Source: an uncultured bacterium
GTDB lineage: Bacteria; Patescibacteriota; Minisyncoccia; Phycocordibacterales; UBA6065
Direction: 5' to 3'
DNA length: 64,000 nt
Assembly (NCBI GenBank): GCA_963841935.1
Contig: CAWJEP010000001.1
Coordinates: forward strand, 10,487-74,486
The position numbers and the translations under genes are program-made. Below the pieces are notes generated by a model. It had not been told where the DNA came from, ran no database searches, and saw nothing but the letters and a program-made list of their open reading frames with translations. Below are positions 1-8,301 of this stretch, in pieces (within the stretch, counting starts at the first letter, position 1; each line of letters starts with the position of its first letter).

Positions 1-607
1 CGTGAGTGATGAGAATAATCGTCCTTCCCTCTTCCAAATTGAGCTTCTGCAAAATGGACATCACATTTCTGCCGGATTTGCTGTCGAGATTTCCAGTCGG
101 TTCGTCGGCAAAAATAATTTCCGGGTCGGTAACTAGGGCGCGTGCGATGGCCGCGCGCTGTTTCTCACCGCCAGAAAGTTCGGAGGGCTGATGTTCCATT
201 CTATTTCCCAAACCGACCGACTCGACGGCCTTTTTCGCCCTTTCATTCCATTCTCTTTCGGGGATTTTCGAATACATGAGAGGCAGTTTTACGTTTTCGA
301 GAACGGTCGTGCGCGGCAAAAGATTGAAGGCCTGAAAAACGAAACCGACCTCGCGGTTGCGAAGTCCGGCTATCTCGTCGCCGGAATACGCCGAGGTATC
401 TTTGCCGTTGAAATGATAAGTGCCGCTTGTCGCCGTGTCCAAAAGTCCGAGTAAATGCAAAAGCGTGGACTTGCCGGAGCCGGACGGACCCATAATCGCC
501 AAAAATTCTCCTTTTCTTACGTTAAAACTCACGCCGTCAAGAGCCACGGTCGGTTCTTCGCCGTCGAAATAAGATTTCTTAAGGTCTTTTACTTCGATAA
601 TGTTCAT
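1..607 (-). CDS. ABC transporter ATP-binding protein (MacB/LolD/FtsE-like); 3' end cut by window edge
   Basis: Minus-strand translation from the ATG at 605-607 reads [50 protein letters not shown]...[15 protein letters not shown], showing a Walker A motif and the ABC signature. The start overlaps the adaptor gene stop by 4 nt. The listed plus-strand ORFs at 6-454 are antisense to this gene. Confidence 0.85.
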   Translation of the reverse strand, partial: MNIIEVKDLKKSYFDGEEPTVALDGVSFNVRKGEFLAIMGPSGSGKSTLLHLLGLLDTATSGTYHFNGKDTSAYSGDEIAGLRNREVGFVFQAFNLLPRTTVLENVKLPLMYSKIPEREWNERAKKAVESVGLGNRMEHQPSELSGGEKQRAAIARALVTDPEIIFADEPTGNLDSKSGRNVMSILQKLNLEEGRTIILITH

Positions 608-2061
608 TGACCCTGTACGTACGTCACGACTTTGTCGCCCGCTTTGAGACTGGAGAGCACGGCTATCGTGCCGTCGGAACCTTTTAGACCGACAGTGACG
701 GGTACCGTCGTGTAAGTTTTGCCGTCTTTGTTTACCAACCTCACCGTCATCGAGCCGTCATTATCAATAATCGCGCGATAAGGAATAGCGACAACATTGT
801 TTTCTTCGTGAGTAAGAATTTCGAGATTCGCCGTCATGCCGGAGCGGATACGCGAGTCGTTTTGCAAAAACATCAAAGTAACTTTGTACGTGGGCACGCC
901 TTCGATTACGGTTTCAGCCGGGTCTATTGCCGTGACTTTTTCTTCAAAATCTATGTCGGAACCGTAGGCGTCCAATGTCGATGAAGCCATATCGCCAACG
1001 GAAATTTTCGCTATGTCGGCTTCGGCTACGTAAGCTTCGACCTTGAACTGCCCGTTGCTTTCCACGGCAAAACCTGAATCTCCGGCGGCCATAAACTCAC
1101 CGACATTTGGGTCGGCTTTGGTCACGATACCGTCAATCGGAGAAATAATAGTGTCTTCGTTTAGCGCGGCTTTTGCCGCGTCCACTCTGGCCATTTGCGC
1201 GGCGATGGCGTCGGAAGAATTGCCGGCGAGCGAGAGAGCGCTTTGGGCGGCGGTCATGGAATCAATCGCGCCGTTTAAGGTGGAGAGTCCCGTGTTCATG
1301 GCGGCGACGTCGGAAGTAATGGCGGCTTGCGGCAATCCGGAATTACTCTGATTGAGTTCGTTTATTATAAACGACAAGTCATTCATAAATTGTTTTATCG
1401 TGGAAAGATATTTTCCGGAATCGGACGCGAGCGTTGAAGCTTGGTTTGGAGTGGAAGTCGAAAGTTCGTTCGACCAAGCGGAGAGAGCCGTGGAAACGGA
1501 TAAGCGCTCGAAATTAATGGCGTTGGCGGTATCCGTAGTGTCGGTGCGAACGTTTATCGTTGGGTTTGGACTTTGAGGATTGTTAAAAAAATAATCCGTG
1601 TAATTTACGAGGGCACTTTGGGCTTTGGCGAAAGCGTCGTGAGCCGCGTTGATTGCGTTCGTGTTCGCGTTTGAAAGAGAGGTGGCCGCGGAAGAAACAG
1701 AGGGCTCGTCCAAAGACGCGGGTGACGGAGTCATGTCGGCGAGTGTCGCTTCCGCGCTTTCGAGGTTGGCCTCATCGCTCGCGCTATCAAGAGAAACTAT
1801 CGGGTCGCCGGCATTGACCATTTGTCCCACGGAAACGTATATACGCGAGATTACGCCGGACTTCTCGAAAGCCAAGTCCGCGCTGCTTAACGGAGACACC
1901 GTGCCCGTGACGCTTACCGTTTCAATGACGTTGCCCACGGAAGCGGTGGCTGATTGAAAAGTCGCCGCGCCGCCGCGGCTTGTCATAATCAGAATGACGA
2001 CGATGATTACCAAGACGACGATAGCGGAAATAACGTATTTTTTACCTAAATATTTTTTCAT
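604..2061 (-). CDS. efflux periplasmic adaptor / membrane fusion protein (HlyD/MacA-like) with a long coiled-coil
   Basis: The 485-aa product has an N-terminal TM anchor and a long Ala/Ser/Thr-rich helical hairpin region. Its C-terminal beta-barrel region (IISPIDGIVT...VGDMASS...VTAIDP) is HlyD-like. It is translationally coupled to the ABC ATPase. Confidence 0.65.
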   Translation of the reverse strand: MKKYLGKKYVISAIVVLVIIVVILIMTSRGGAATFQSATASVGNVIETVSVTGTVSPLSSADLAFEKSGVISRIYVSVGQMVNAGDPIVSLDSASDEANLESAEATLADMTPSPASLDEPSVSSAATSLSNANTNAINAAHDAFAKAQSALVNYTDYFFNNPQSPNPTINVRTDTTDTANAINFERLSVSTALSAWSNELSTSTPNQASTLASDSGKYLSTIKQFMNDLSFIINELNQSNSGLPQAAITSDVAAMNTGLSTLNGAIDSMTAAQSALSLAGNSSDAIAAQMARVDAAKAALNEDTIISPIDGIVTKADPNVGEFMAAGDSGFAVESNGQFKVEAYVAEADIAKISVGDMASSTLDAYGSDIDFEEKVTAIDPAETVIEGVPTYKVTLMFLQNDSRIRSGMTANLEILTHEENNVVAIPYRAIIDNDGSMTVRLVNKDGKTYTTVPVTVGLKGSDGTIAVLSSLKAGDKVVTYVQGQ

Positions 2062-2083
2062 GGTTTTGTTAATTCGATTATAA

Positions 2084-2130
2084 CAAAAACCGGGGCTTTT
2101 CGGAAATTTCCGAAAAGCCCCGGTTTTTTA
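2084..2130. terminator. bidirectional rho-independent terminator
   Basis: A 14-bp perfect stem (ccggggcttttcgg / ccgaaaagccccgg) has an aaattt loop and is flanked by an A-run and a T-run. On the minus strand it ends the rplB-containing operon. Confidence 0.7.
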
Positions 2131-2132
2131 AT

Positions 2133-2984
2133 TTATTCCGTTTTCTTTCTCTTGCCGACTTGTCTGCGCGAAACGATGAAAACATTCGAGTATTTTTTCG
2201 GCGTACGGGTTTTCTGCCCCTTACCCGACGGCTTGCCCCACATGGTTTTCAAACGGCGAAGTCCTCTGCCCTGTCGCCCTTCGCCTCCGCCGTAAGGATG
2301 GTCAACGGGGTTCATTGCCGAACCGCGAACGGTCGGACGGATGCCGAGCCAGCGAGAGCGTCCCGCTTTGCCGGAGGATACGAGCCAGTGCTCGTCGTTT
2401 GAAACTTGTCCGACCATTGCGAAAGATTCGTCGTTTATTTTTCTGACTTCGGTCGAAGGCATCTTGACTTGGGTGTAACCTTGGTCGTTGCCGATGACTT
2501 GGGCGAAAATGCCGGCGGCGCGAGCGATTTTGGCGCCGCCGTGCGGATGGATTTCAATATTGTAGACGAAAGTGCCGACGGGAATTTTCTTCAATGGTAG
2601 TGCGTTGCCCGGCGCGACGAGAACGTCCGGTCCGGCAATTATAGTCGCGCCAACCTTAACATCTTTAGGAAGAAGAACGTATCGGCGCTCGCCGTCACGG
2701 TAGGCGGCAAGACCGATAAATCCGGAGCGGCTAGGGTCGTATTCAACGGATTTAATCGTCGCCGGAATGCCGACTTTGTCGAACGAGAAAGAAACATCGC
2801 GAAGAAGGCGCTTGTGACCGCTGCCTTTGTGGCGCACGGTGATGCGGCCTTGGTTGTTTCGTCCGACATCGCGTTTAATGCCTTTAGTCAGAGATTTTTC
2901 CGGATTCTGGGTAGTCAAAAACTTTCGAAACTCGATCGTCTGCATCTCTCGTCTGCCGTTTGAACGTGGGTTGTAGGATTTCAT
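2133..2984 (-). CDS. rplB: 50S ribosomal protein L2
   Basis: The 283-aa product has the conserved L2 core (...VEYDPNRSA.IAL...GHKRLLR...HPHGGGEGR...). Confidence 0.95.
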   Translation of the reverse strand: MKSYNPRSNGRREMQTIEFRKFLTTQNPEKSLTKGIKRDVGRNNQGRITVRHKGSGHKRLLRDVSFSFDKVGIPATIKSVEYDPSRSGFIGLAAYRDGERRYVLLPKDVKVGATIIAGPDVLVAPGNALPLKKIPVGTFVYNIEIHPHGGAKIARAAGIFAQVIGNDQGYTQVKMPSTEVRKINDESFAMVGQVSNDEHWLVSSGKAGRSRWLGIRPTVRGSAMNPVDHPYGGGEGRQGRGLRRLKTMWGKPSGKGQKTRTPKKYSNVFIVSRRQVGKRKKTE

Positions 2985-2988
2985 ATGT

Positions 2989-3396
2989 TTAAATAAATTC
3001 TATGGTGTCGCCTTTCTTGAGATAGACGTAAGCTTTCTTGCCGCTCGAAGTCTTTCCGATGATTCCGCGAAGATTTCTTTTCTTCGAGCGAATTGTCGTG
3101 ACCGAAACGCGAACCGGAACGACTTTGTAAAGCGCTTCTACCGCCTCGGCAATCTGTTTTGAACCGGCGCCTTTCACGACTTCGAAAGTATAAACTCCCG
3201 ACTGGGACAAAGTTCCGCTTTTTTCCGTGATGTGCGGACGGACAATTACCGCCGCGGCGACTGTGGAAATATTTTTTGGTGCCGAAACCGCCGGCTTGCC
3301 CGCCGTAGCCTTGGCGGAGGCGGGCGACTTTACTTTCGCTTTCTTTTCCACCTTCTCAACCTTATTTTCCGTCTTCTTTTTTCCAAATAGAGCCAT
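2989..3396 (-). CDS. rplW: 50S ribosomal protein L23 with a Lys/Ala-rich N-terminal extension
   Basis: The C-terminal 95 aa match the L23 fold (IRPHITEKS...FEV...A.K.QI..AVE.LY.V.V..V.T). About 40 aa of KKAKVKSPASAK low-complexity sequence precede it. Confidence 0.85.
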   Translation of the reverse strand: MALFGKKKTENKVEKVEKKAKVKSPASAKATAGKPAVSAPKNISTVAAAVIVRPHITEKSGTLSQSGVYTFEVVKGAGSKQIAEAVEALYKVVPVRVSVTTIRSKKRNLRGIIGKTSSGKKAYVYLKKGDTIEFI

Positions 3397-3400
3397 AATA

Positions 3401-4060
3401 TTATTTTTTATTGGAGAAAACTTGGAGCGACGACTCCGGATTTTCGAAAATGACGAAAGTCGAATTGAGAATGTCCAGGGGATTTATATTTCTCGCTTCT
3501 TCGACTTTGACGCTTCCGATGTTTCTGAAGCTTTTTTCGGCCGTTACACTTTTTGATGAAAGGGCGATGACACCGGCGTTTACTTTTTTCTTTGAAAGTC
3601 TCTCGAAGCCTTTGATTTTCGAAAGCGATACGAGAGCGGATTTCGCCTCGGCCGTTTTCGGAGCGGCGAATTTGAAAGAATCGACGAAAAGGACTTCCCC
3701 GTCTTTCCATTTTCGCGAGAGCAAAGTGAAAAGAGCTTTGGTTTTCATTTTCTTGTTCACTTTGCGCTCGTAGTTCTTGTCTTTGCGAGGACCATGGGTC
3801 ACGCCACCACCGACCCACAAAGGCGAACGAGTAGAGCCGTGTCTCGCGCGGCCGGTGCCTTTCTGTCGCCACGGCTTTTTGCCGCCGCCGCGCACTTCGC
3901 CGCGAGTTTTGGCGTGAGCTATCGGTCGGCGAGCGGTCGATTGCATGGAAGTCACGACCTGATGCACGAGGTCGGCGTTCCAAGGCAGACCGAAAATGCT
4001 TTCGGAAAGTTTTATCTTTCCCGATTCCTTACCTTTTATGTTGTAAATAGTTGCTTCCAT
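3401..4060 (-). CDS. rplD: 50S ribosomal protein L4
   Basis: The 219-aa product has the L4/L1e family motifs KTRGEVRGGGKKPWRQKGTGRAR...PLW.GGG..HGP. Confidence 0.9.
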   Translation of the reverse strand: MEATIYNIKGKESGKIKLSESIFGLPWNADLVHQVVTSMQSTARRPIAHAKTRGEVRGGGKKPWRQKGTGRARHGSTRSPLWVGGGVTHGPRKDKNYERKVNKKMKTKALFTLLSRKWKDGEVLFVDSFKFAAPKTAEAKSALVSLSKIKGFERLSKKKVNAGVIALSSKSVTAEKSFRNIGSVKVEEARNINPLDILNSTFVIFENPESSLQVFSNKK

Positions 4061-4069
4061 ATATTTAAA

Positions 4070-4687
4070 TTATTTCGCGATGATTCGCACCAATGTACCT
4101 CGCTTACCGGCGACCGAACCTTTGACCACAAGGGTGTTCGTCGCTTGATCGACCTGAAGAATCGAAAGATTTCTCACCGTGACTTGGTCAGAGCCCATTC
4201 TTCCCGGCATTCTTTTGCCTTTCGCCACTTTGCCTCCGCCGCCGCGACCGCCACCGGCGATGGTGCCCACTTCGCGCTCGGAATGTTTCTGTCCGTGAGT
4301 TCGGCTACCGCCTTTGAAGTGATAACGTTTGACCGCGCCGGCAAATCCTTTGCCTTTTGATTCACTTCGCACCGAAATCATATCTCCGGCTTTGAAATTT
4401 GAAAGGTCAATCTTGTCTCCGACTTTCATGGCTTTCGAGTCTACGCGAAACTCTTCCATCGCGCGGAAGTTGCCGAGATCTTTTGTGTGACCTTTCACCG
4501 CTTTCGAAAGACGAGATTCTTTCTGAACGCCAAATCCGACCTGCACGGCTTCGTAGCCGTCGCTTTCTTTCGATTTGACCTGCGTCACGACAAGCGGTCC
4601 GGCGGAAATCACGGTCGCGGGAAAGGCGCGACCTTCATCGTCGAAAACTTGAGTCATATATTCTTTTGTTCCAAGAATGAATTTCAT
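4070..4687 (-). CDS. rplC: 50S ribosomal protein L3
   Basis: The 205-aa product has GFGVQKE...FKGGSRTHGQ...GRMG and LVVKGSVAGKRGTLV. Confidence 0.95.
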   Translation of the reverse strand: MKFILGTKEYMTQVFDDEGRAFPATVISAGPLVVTQVKSKESDGYEAVQVGFGVQKESRLSKAVKGHTKDLGNFRAMEEFRVDSKAMKVGDKIDLSNFKAGDMISVRSESKGKGFAGAVKRYHFKGGSRTHGQKHSEREVGTIAGGGRGGGGKVAKGKRMPGRMGSDQVTVRNLSILQVDQATNTLVVKGSVAGKRGTLVRIIAK

Positions 4688-4835
4688 GTTCGTAATAGCG
4701 CGAGCGCGGGATTTGAGTCCTGTAGGCTCTCTATTCGCCTCTACGGCGAACCCGCCGATGAGGCGGGAAAAAGCAGTTCCCTGCTTAGTGAGAACATACT
4801 ACACAGAACATGAAAATAATGCAAGAAAAACAAAA

Positions 4836-4869
4836 AGGCGCGGTCGTTTTCACGACCGCGCCGGAAGAG
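4836..4869 (-). terminator. rho-independent terminator (minus-strand orientation)
   Basis: A 10-bp perfect stem (ggcgcggtcg / cgaccgcgcc) is followed on the minus strand by TTTTTGTTTTTCTT. Confidence 0.55.
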
Positions 4870-4876
4870 AGTTAGT

Positions 4877-5068
4877 TCAACCAAGTTTTGCCCACGCTCT
4901 CATCCTGAGGGCTTTGAGTGAGGTCCTACCCAACTCGGTGTCTTCAGAAGGAACAAACGACGGCTTCTGTGCCGGTAGCCCCATGTCAACTCGAAGGATA
5001 TAAATATCAGCTTCGGTCAGATTTTTCCCCTGGATTTTCTCAGCGAACCGTTCTTCTGTTATAGGCAT
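4877..5068 (-). CDS. hypothetical small protein (63 aa) or non-coding transcript within an orphan transcription unit
   Basis: The ORF reads MPITEERFAEKIQGKNLTEADIYILRVDMGLPAQ... with an AGGTGA 13 nt upstream. It lies between a predicted promoter and a terminator in the rpsJ-rplC gap. No recognisable family. Confidence 0.25.
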   Translation of the reverse strand: MPITEERFAEKIQGKNLTEADIYILRVDMGLPAQKPSFVPSEDTELGRTSLKALRMRAWAKLG

Positions 5069-5145
5069 AAATTAAACCCTGTTCACCTGGAAAGCGTAAT
5101 TGCCGTCCATGTAACAGGATTCAATTTTTAAAAGAGCTATCTTGG

Positions 5146-5173
5146 ATATTACAAATATATTGATAAATGTCAA
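5146..5173 (-). promoter_or_regulatory. candidate sigma70-like promoter (TTGACA-16-TAATAT) reading on the minus strand
   Basis: The reverse complement of 5146-5173 is TTGACATTTATCAATATATTTGTAATAT. It sits immediately downstream of the rpsJ terminator. Confidence 0.35.
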
Positions 5174-5180
5174 TAGCACA

Positions 5181-5212
5181 AAAAACCGCCCTTGCGGGCG
5201 GTTTTTTGTTTA
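5181..5212. terminator. rho-independent terminator after rpsJ
   Basis: aaaaaaccgccc ttgc gggcggtttttt is a perfect hairpin with A/T runs on both sides. The rpsJ stop codon (5210-5212) abuts it. Confidence 0.65.
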
Positions 5213-5606
5213 CGCCATCTTTACATCTATATTGACGCCGGACGGAAGAGAAAGGTTCGTCAGATGCTTCGATGATTTTCGGGTTCGGGTTGAGGATGTC
5301 GATAAGGCGCTTGTGAACGCGCATTTCGAATTGTTCGCGGGCGTTTTTGTAGACGAAAGAAGCGCGATTGACCGTGTATTTTTTGATTTCGGTCGGAAGC
5401 GGAATGGGTCCCAAGACTTCGACATCATATCGGAGCGCCGTGTCGATGATTTGCTTGACCGAGGTGTCGAGGATTTTCGATTCGTAAGCGCGGACCCTGA
5501 TACGAAGTCGCGGCACGACTTCCGCCTTGGCGACTTTGGCCACAGCTTTTACAGCCGGCTTTTTCGACACCGTCTTTTTCTTTATTTCTTTCGGTTCGGT
5601 TGCCAC
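5210..5606 (-). CDS. rpsJ: 30S ribosomal protein S10 with a Lys/Ala-rich N-terminal extension; apparent +1 frameshift near 5262-5266
   Basis: Frame A gives ...RLRIRVRAYESKILD...FEMRVHKRLIDILNPNPKIIEA and then runs on through the terminator hairpin. Frame B gives the canonical S10 C-terminus LTNLSLPSGVNIDVKMA* ending exactly at the terminator. Deleting one T from gcaTctgacg restores the normal protein. Confidence 0.85.
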
Positions 5607-5610
5607 AGAT

Positions 5611-6801
5611 TTATTTTACGACTTTCGTTACGACTCCGGCGCCGACAGTCTTGCCTCCTTCGCGGATAGCAAAGCGCTGTTTGTCCTCGAGAGCGATCGG
5701 AGCGACGAGTTTTACTTTGAAAGTTATGGTGTCTCCCGGCATAACCATTTCAACTTTTTCCGGAAGAGTCACTTCGCCGGTGACATCGGTCGTGCGGAAA
5801 TAGAATTGCGGTTTGTAACCGTTGAAGAACGGCGTATGTCGTCCGCCTTCCTCTTTCTTCAAAATGTAGACTTCCGATTCGAATTCGGTGTGAGGAGTAG
5901 TCGTGCCCGGCTTGGCGAGAACTTGTCCGCGATGGACGGCGTCCTTGGCGGTGCCACGAAGAAGTACCCCGGCATTGTCTCCGGCCATACCGCTCTGAAG
6001 CTGTTTGTTGAACATTTCTATACCGGTGATGGTCGTTTTGGTCGTCGGGTGAAGACCGATGATTTCGACTTCGTCTCCGATTTTTACCTGGCCGCGTTCG
6101 ATGCGTCCGGTGACGACGGTGCCGCGTCCTTCAATGGAGAAAATGTCTTCAATCGGCATGAGGAAAGGCTTGTCGGTGTCTCGAACCGGAAGCGGAATGT
6201 AGGTGTCGAGAGCGTTCATAAGATCTTTGATTTTCTTTGCCCATTCGTCGTTGTTGTCTTTCGATTCGAGAGCTTTGAGAGCCGAGCCGCGGATGACCGG
6301 AGAATCGGTGTAGCCCTGCTTGGCGAGAAGGCCTTTGACTTCCTCTTCGACGAGGTCGATGAGTTCTTTGTCTTCAACGGCGTCGCATTTGTTGAGGAAA
6401 GCGATGACTTTCGGCACGCCGACTTGGCGGGCGAGCAAAATGTGTTCGCGAGTCTGTGGCATCGGACCGTCGATTGCGGAGACAACGAGAATAGCGGCAT
6501 CCATTTGGGCGGCGCCGGTAATCATATTCTTTATATAGTCCGCGTGTCCCGGAGCGTCGATATGAGCGTAGTGACGGGTCGGCGTCTCGTACTCGACGTG
6601 AGCGAGCGAGATGGTGACGACTTTCGTGGCGTCGCGGACAGTACCGCCTTTGGCGATATCTCCGTAAGCTTTGACTGTGGCGAGTCCGTCGCGAGCCTGA
6701 ACCGCGAGTATCGCGGTCGTGAGCGTGGTCTTGCCGTGGTCAACGTGACCGATGGTTCCAACGTTTACGTGCGGCTTTGTTCTTTTGAATTCTCCTGCCA
6801 T
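5611..6801 (-). CDS. tuf: elongation factor Tu
   Basis: The 396-aa product has [18 protein letters not shown] and NKCD motifs. Confidence 0.97.
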   Translation of the reverse strand: MAGEFKRTKPHVNVGTIGHVDHGKTTLTTAILAVQARDGLATVKAYGDIAKGGTVRDATKVVTISLAHVEYETPTRHYAHIDAPGHADYIKNMITGAAQMDAAILVVSAIDGPMPQTREHILLARQVGVPKVIAFLNKCDAVEDKELIDLVEEEVKGLLAKQGYTDSPVIRGSALKALESKDNNDEWAKKIKDLMNALDTYIPLPVRDTDKPFLMPIEDIFSIEGRGTVVTGRIERGQVKIGDEVEIIGLHPTTKTTITGIEMFNKQLQSGMAGDNAGVLLRGTAKDAVHRGQVLAKPGTTTPHTEFESEVYILKKEEGGRHTPFFNGYKPQFYFRTTDVTGEVTLPEKVEMVMPGDTITFKVKLVAPIALEDKQRFAIREGGKTVGAGVVTKVVK

Positions 6802-6904
6802 ATTATTTTTAATTAATGCTTTTAAATTTATAATCGAAACGACGAAAAAAAGCGCATAGAATGCGTAGCGAAAAGTATATGCGAAAGGCCCAGCGAAGTC
6901 AAAC

Positions 6905-6940
6905 GAAAGCCCCGCGGCACTTCGTGCCGCGGGGCTTTCA
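6905..6940. terminator. GC-rich hairpin (possible terminator for the small minus-strand ORF)
   Basis: A 12-bp perfect stem (gccccgcggcac / gtgccgcggggc) has a ttcg loop. It lies upstream of tuf and downstream of ORF 6956-7207 on the minus strand. Confidence 0.35.
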
Positions 6941-6955
6941 TAAAAATTTCGGAAA

Positions 6956-7207
6956 TTACGGAGTCGTGGTCGTCGAGACGGTCGTCGGAGCTGTCATAGT
7001 GCTCGAGCTCGATGAGCTTGAGTACCACCAGATGCCGAGCAAGACAACTACGATGACAATAATCCACACAACCACGCTCGTCGTTGAACCTTTGTTTACT
7101 GACATTGAATACTTTAAATTATTTTCTAATAAACGGACTTGCTCCCCATTGTATAACATTCGAACAAAAAAGATACCGCTTGCATCATCTCCAAACTTAT
7201 TTGACAT
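6956..7207 (-). CDS. small single-TM protein with a Ser/Thr-rich tail (hypothetical)
   Basis: The 83-aa product has the TM helix [18 protein letters not shown] followed by an [21 protein letters not shown] tail. No SD. It resembles the other small TM ORFs in the window. Confidence 0.3.
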   Translation of the reverse strand: MSNKFGDDASGIFFVRMLYNGEQVRLLENNLKYSMSVNKGSTTSVVVWIIVIVVVLLGIWWYSSSSSSSTMTAPTTVSTTTTP

Positions 7208-7274
7208 AATATTTTATTTATGTTAGTAAAGAAATAGTCCAGTAAAACCAACAACGGCTAAAGAGAATTCCCTT

Positions 7275-8222
7275 ATGAACAAAAGCTCATTGTCAGTCCT
7301 GAAGGCGCTTTACGCCTTCGCCTTCGCGGGTCTTATCCCCGCTTTCACATCAGTCGTAAACGGTCAGACGGCCTCGATACAAGTGTCTCCCAATTCGCCT
7401 CCCGATGGAGCGTTCCAGCAAGATACGGGAGGCAACGTGGCTCTCGTTTTCGACGTTTTGAATCCGACCGGCGCCGACTTAACAATCGGTTTCGGTCTGA
7501 CGGCTTCCGGTCCCGTAACGGATCTTGTCGTAAAAGACTCCGGCGGAACGGTGCGCCACGCGGATTCCGTAAACTCCACAGGTTCTGCAATGCAGTTTGA
7601 TTTCTACTCACTCATCGTGCCGGCAAATTCCAATCAAGAATATTCCGTCGTGGTGCGGATAGGAAATTTATCGGCCGGACAGCAGGTATTGGTAGGCATG
7701 GGCTTTTTCAGCTCAAACGCCACAATCAATATAACCACTTGGCCGCTGGGAAATATTCAAACCATTGTCACCAAACTCGCGCAGAAAAATTCATTCCTGA
7801 ATCTATCCGCGCGGGCCACAGTTACGACTTCGTCGCCGCTCATAGGCGGATTCGTCATATCGAACGACGAAAGCTCGAAGACAAAGGTTTTGATCAGAGC
7901 GGTGGGTCCGACATTGTCAGTGTTTGGTGTGACCAATCCTCTGAAAAATTCATACCTCACCGTCTACGATTCCCGTGGTCTTATCGTTGCTCAAAATAAC
8001 GGCTGGTCCGGGAACGCTGATGTGACAACGGTAGTCAACACGGAAGCGGCAGTCGGAACATTCGGTTTTAACCCCGGAAGTCTCGACTCGGCGCTTGTTT
8101 TGTCGCTTTCGCCAGGAACATACACCGCGGAAGTTACGAGTGGCGACGGCACGTCGGGAACGGCACTCGTCGAGGTGTACAAGGTATCGGACGGACCGCT
8201 ACCAGTGCCGGAGAAAGGATAG
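7275..8222 (+). CDS. secreted hypothetical protein (signal peptide, beta-rich)
   Basis: The 315-aa product has the signal peptide MNKSSLSVLKALYAFAFAGLIPAFTSVVNG and is followed by a clean terminator. It is inserted between fusA and tuf. Confidence 0.6.
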   Translation: MNKSSLSVLKALYAFAFAGLIPAFTSVVNGQTASIQVSPNSPPDGAFQQDTGGNVALVFDVLNPTGADLTIGFGLTASGPVTDLVVKDSGGTVRHADSVNSTGSAMQFDFYSLIVPANSNQEYSVVVRIGNLSAGQQVLVGMGFFSSNATINITTWPLGNIQTIVTKLAQKNSFLNLSARATVTTSSPLIGGFVISNDESSKTKVLIRAVGPTLSVFGVTNPLKNSYLTVYDSRGLIVAQNNGWSGNADVTTVVNTEAAVGTFGFNPGSLDSALVLSLSPGTYTAEVTSGDGTSGTALVEVYKVSDGPLPVPEKG

Positions 8223-8244
8223 TTTCAAGACAGGTAAAAATTCA

Positions 8245-8282
8245 AACGGCGGTTCACATATAATGCGAACCGCCGTTTTTTC
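8245..8282. terminator. bidirectional rho-independent terminator (ends 7275-8222 and fusA)
   Basis: The hairpin cggcggttc ... gaaccgccg is followed by tttttt, and the reverse orientation is also followed by a T-rich run. Confidence 0.6.
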
Positions 8283-8301
8283 TTTGCGAAAATTTCCTGG
8301 A

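Noticed and set aside
6-454. Two small plus-strand ORFs at the window start
   Set aside because: They are antisense to the ABC ATPase gene, whose Walker A and signature motifs read on the minus strand.
5527-6816. 429-aa plus-strand ORF
   Set aside because: It is exactly antisense to tuf, whose EF-Tu motifs are unmistakable on the minus strand. Its product is low-complexity.
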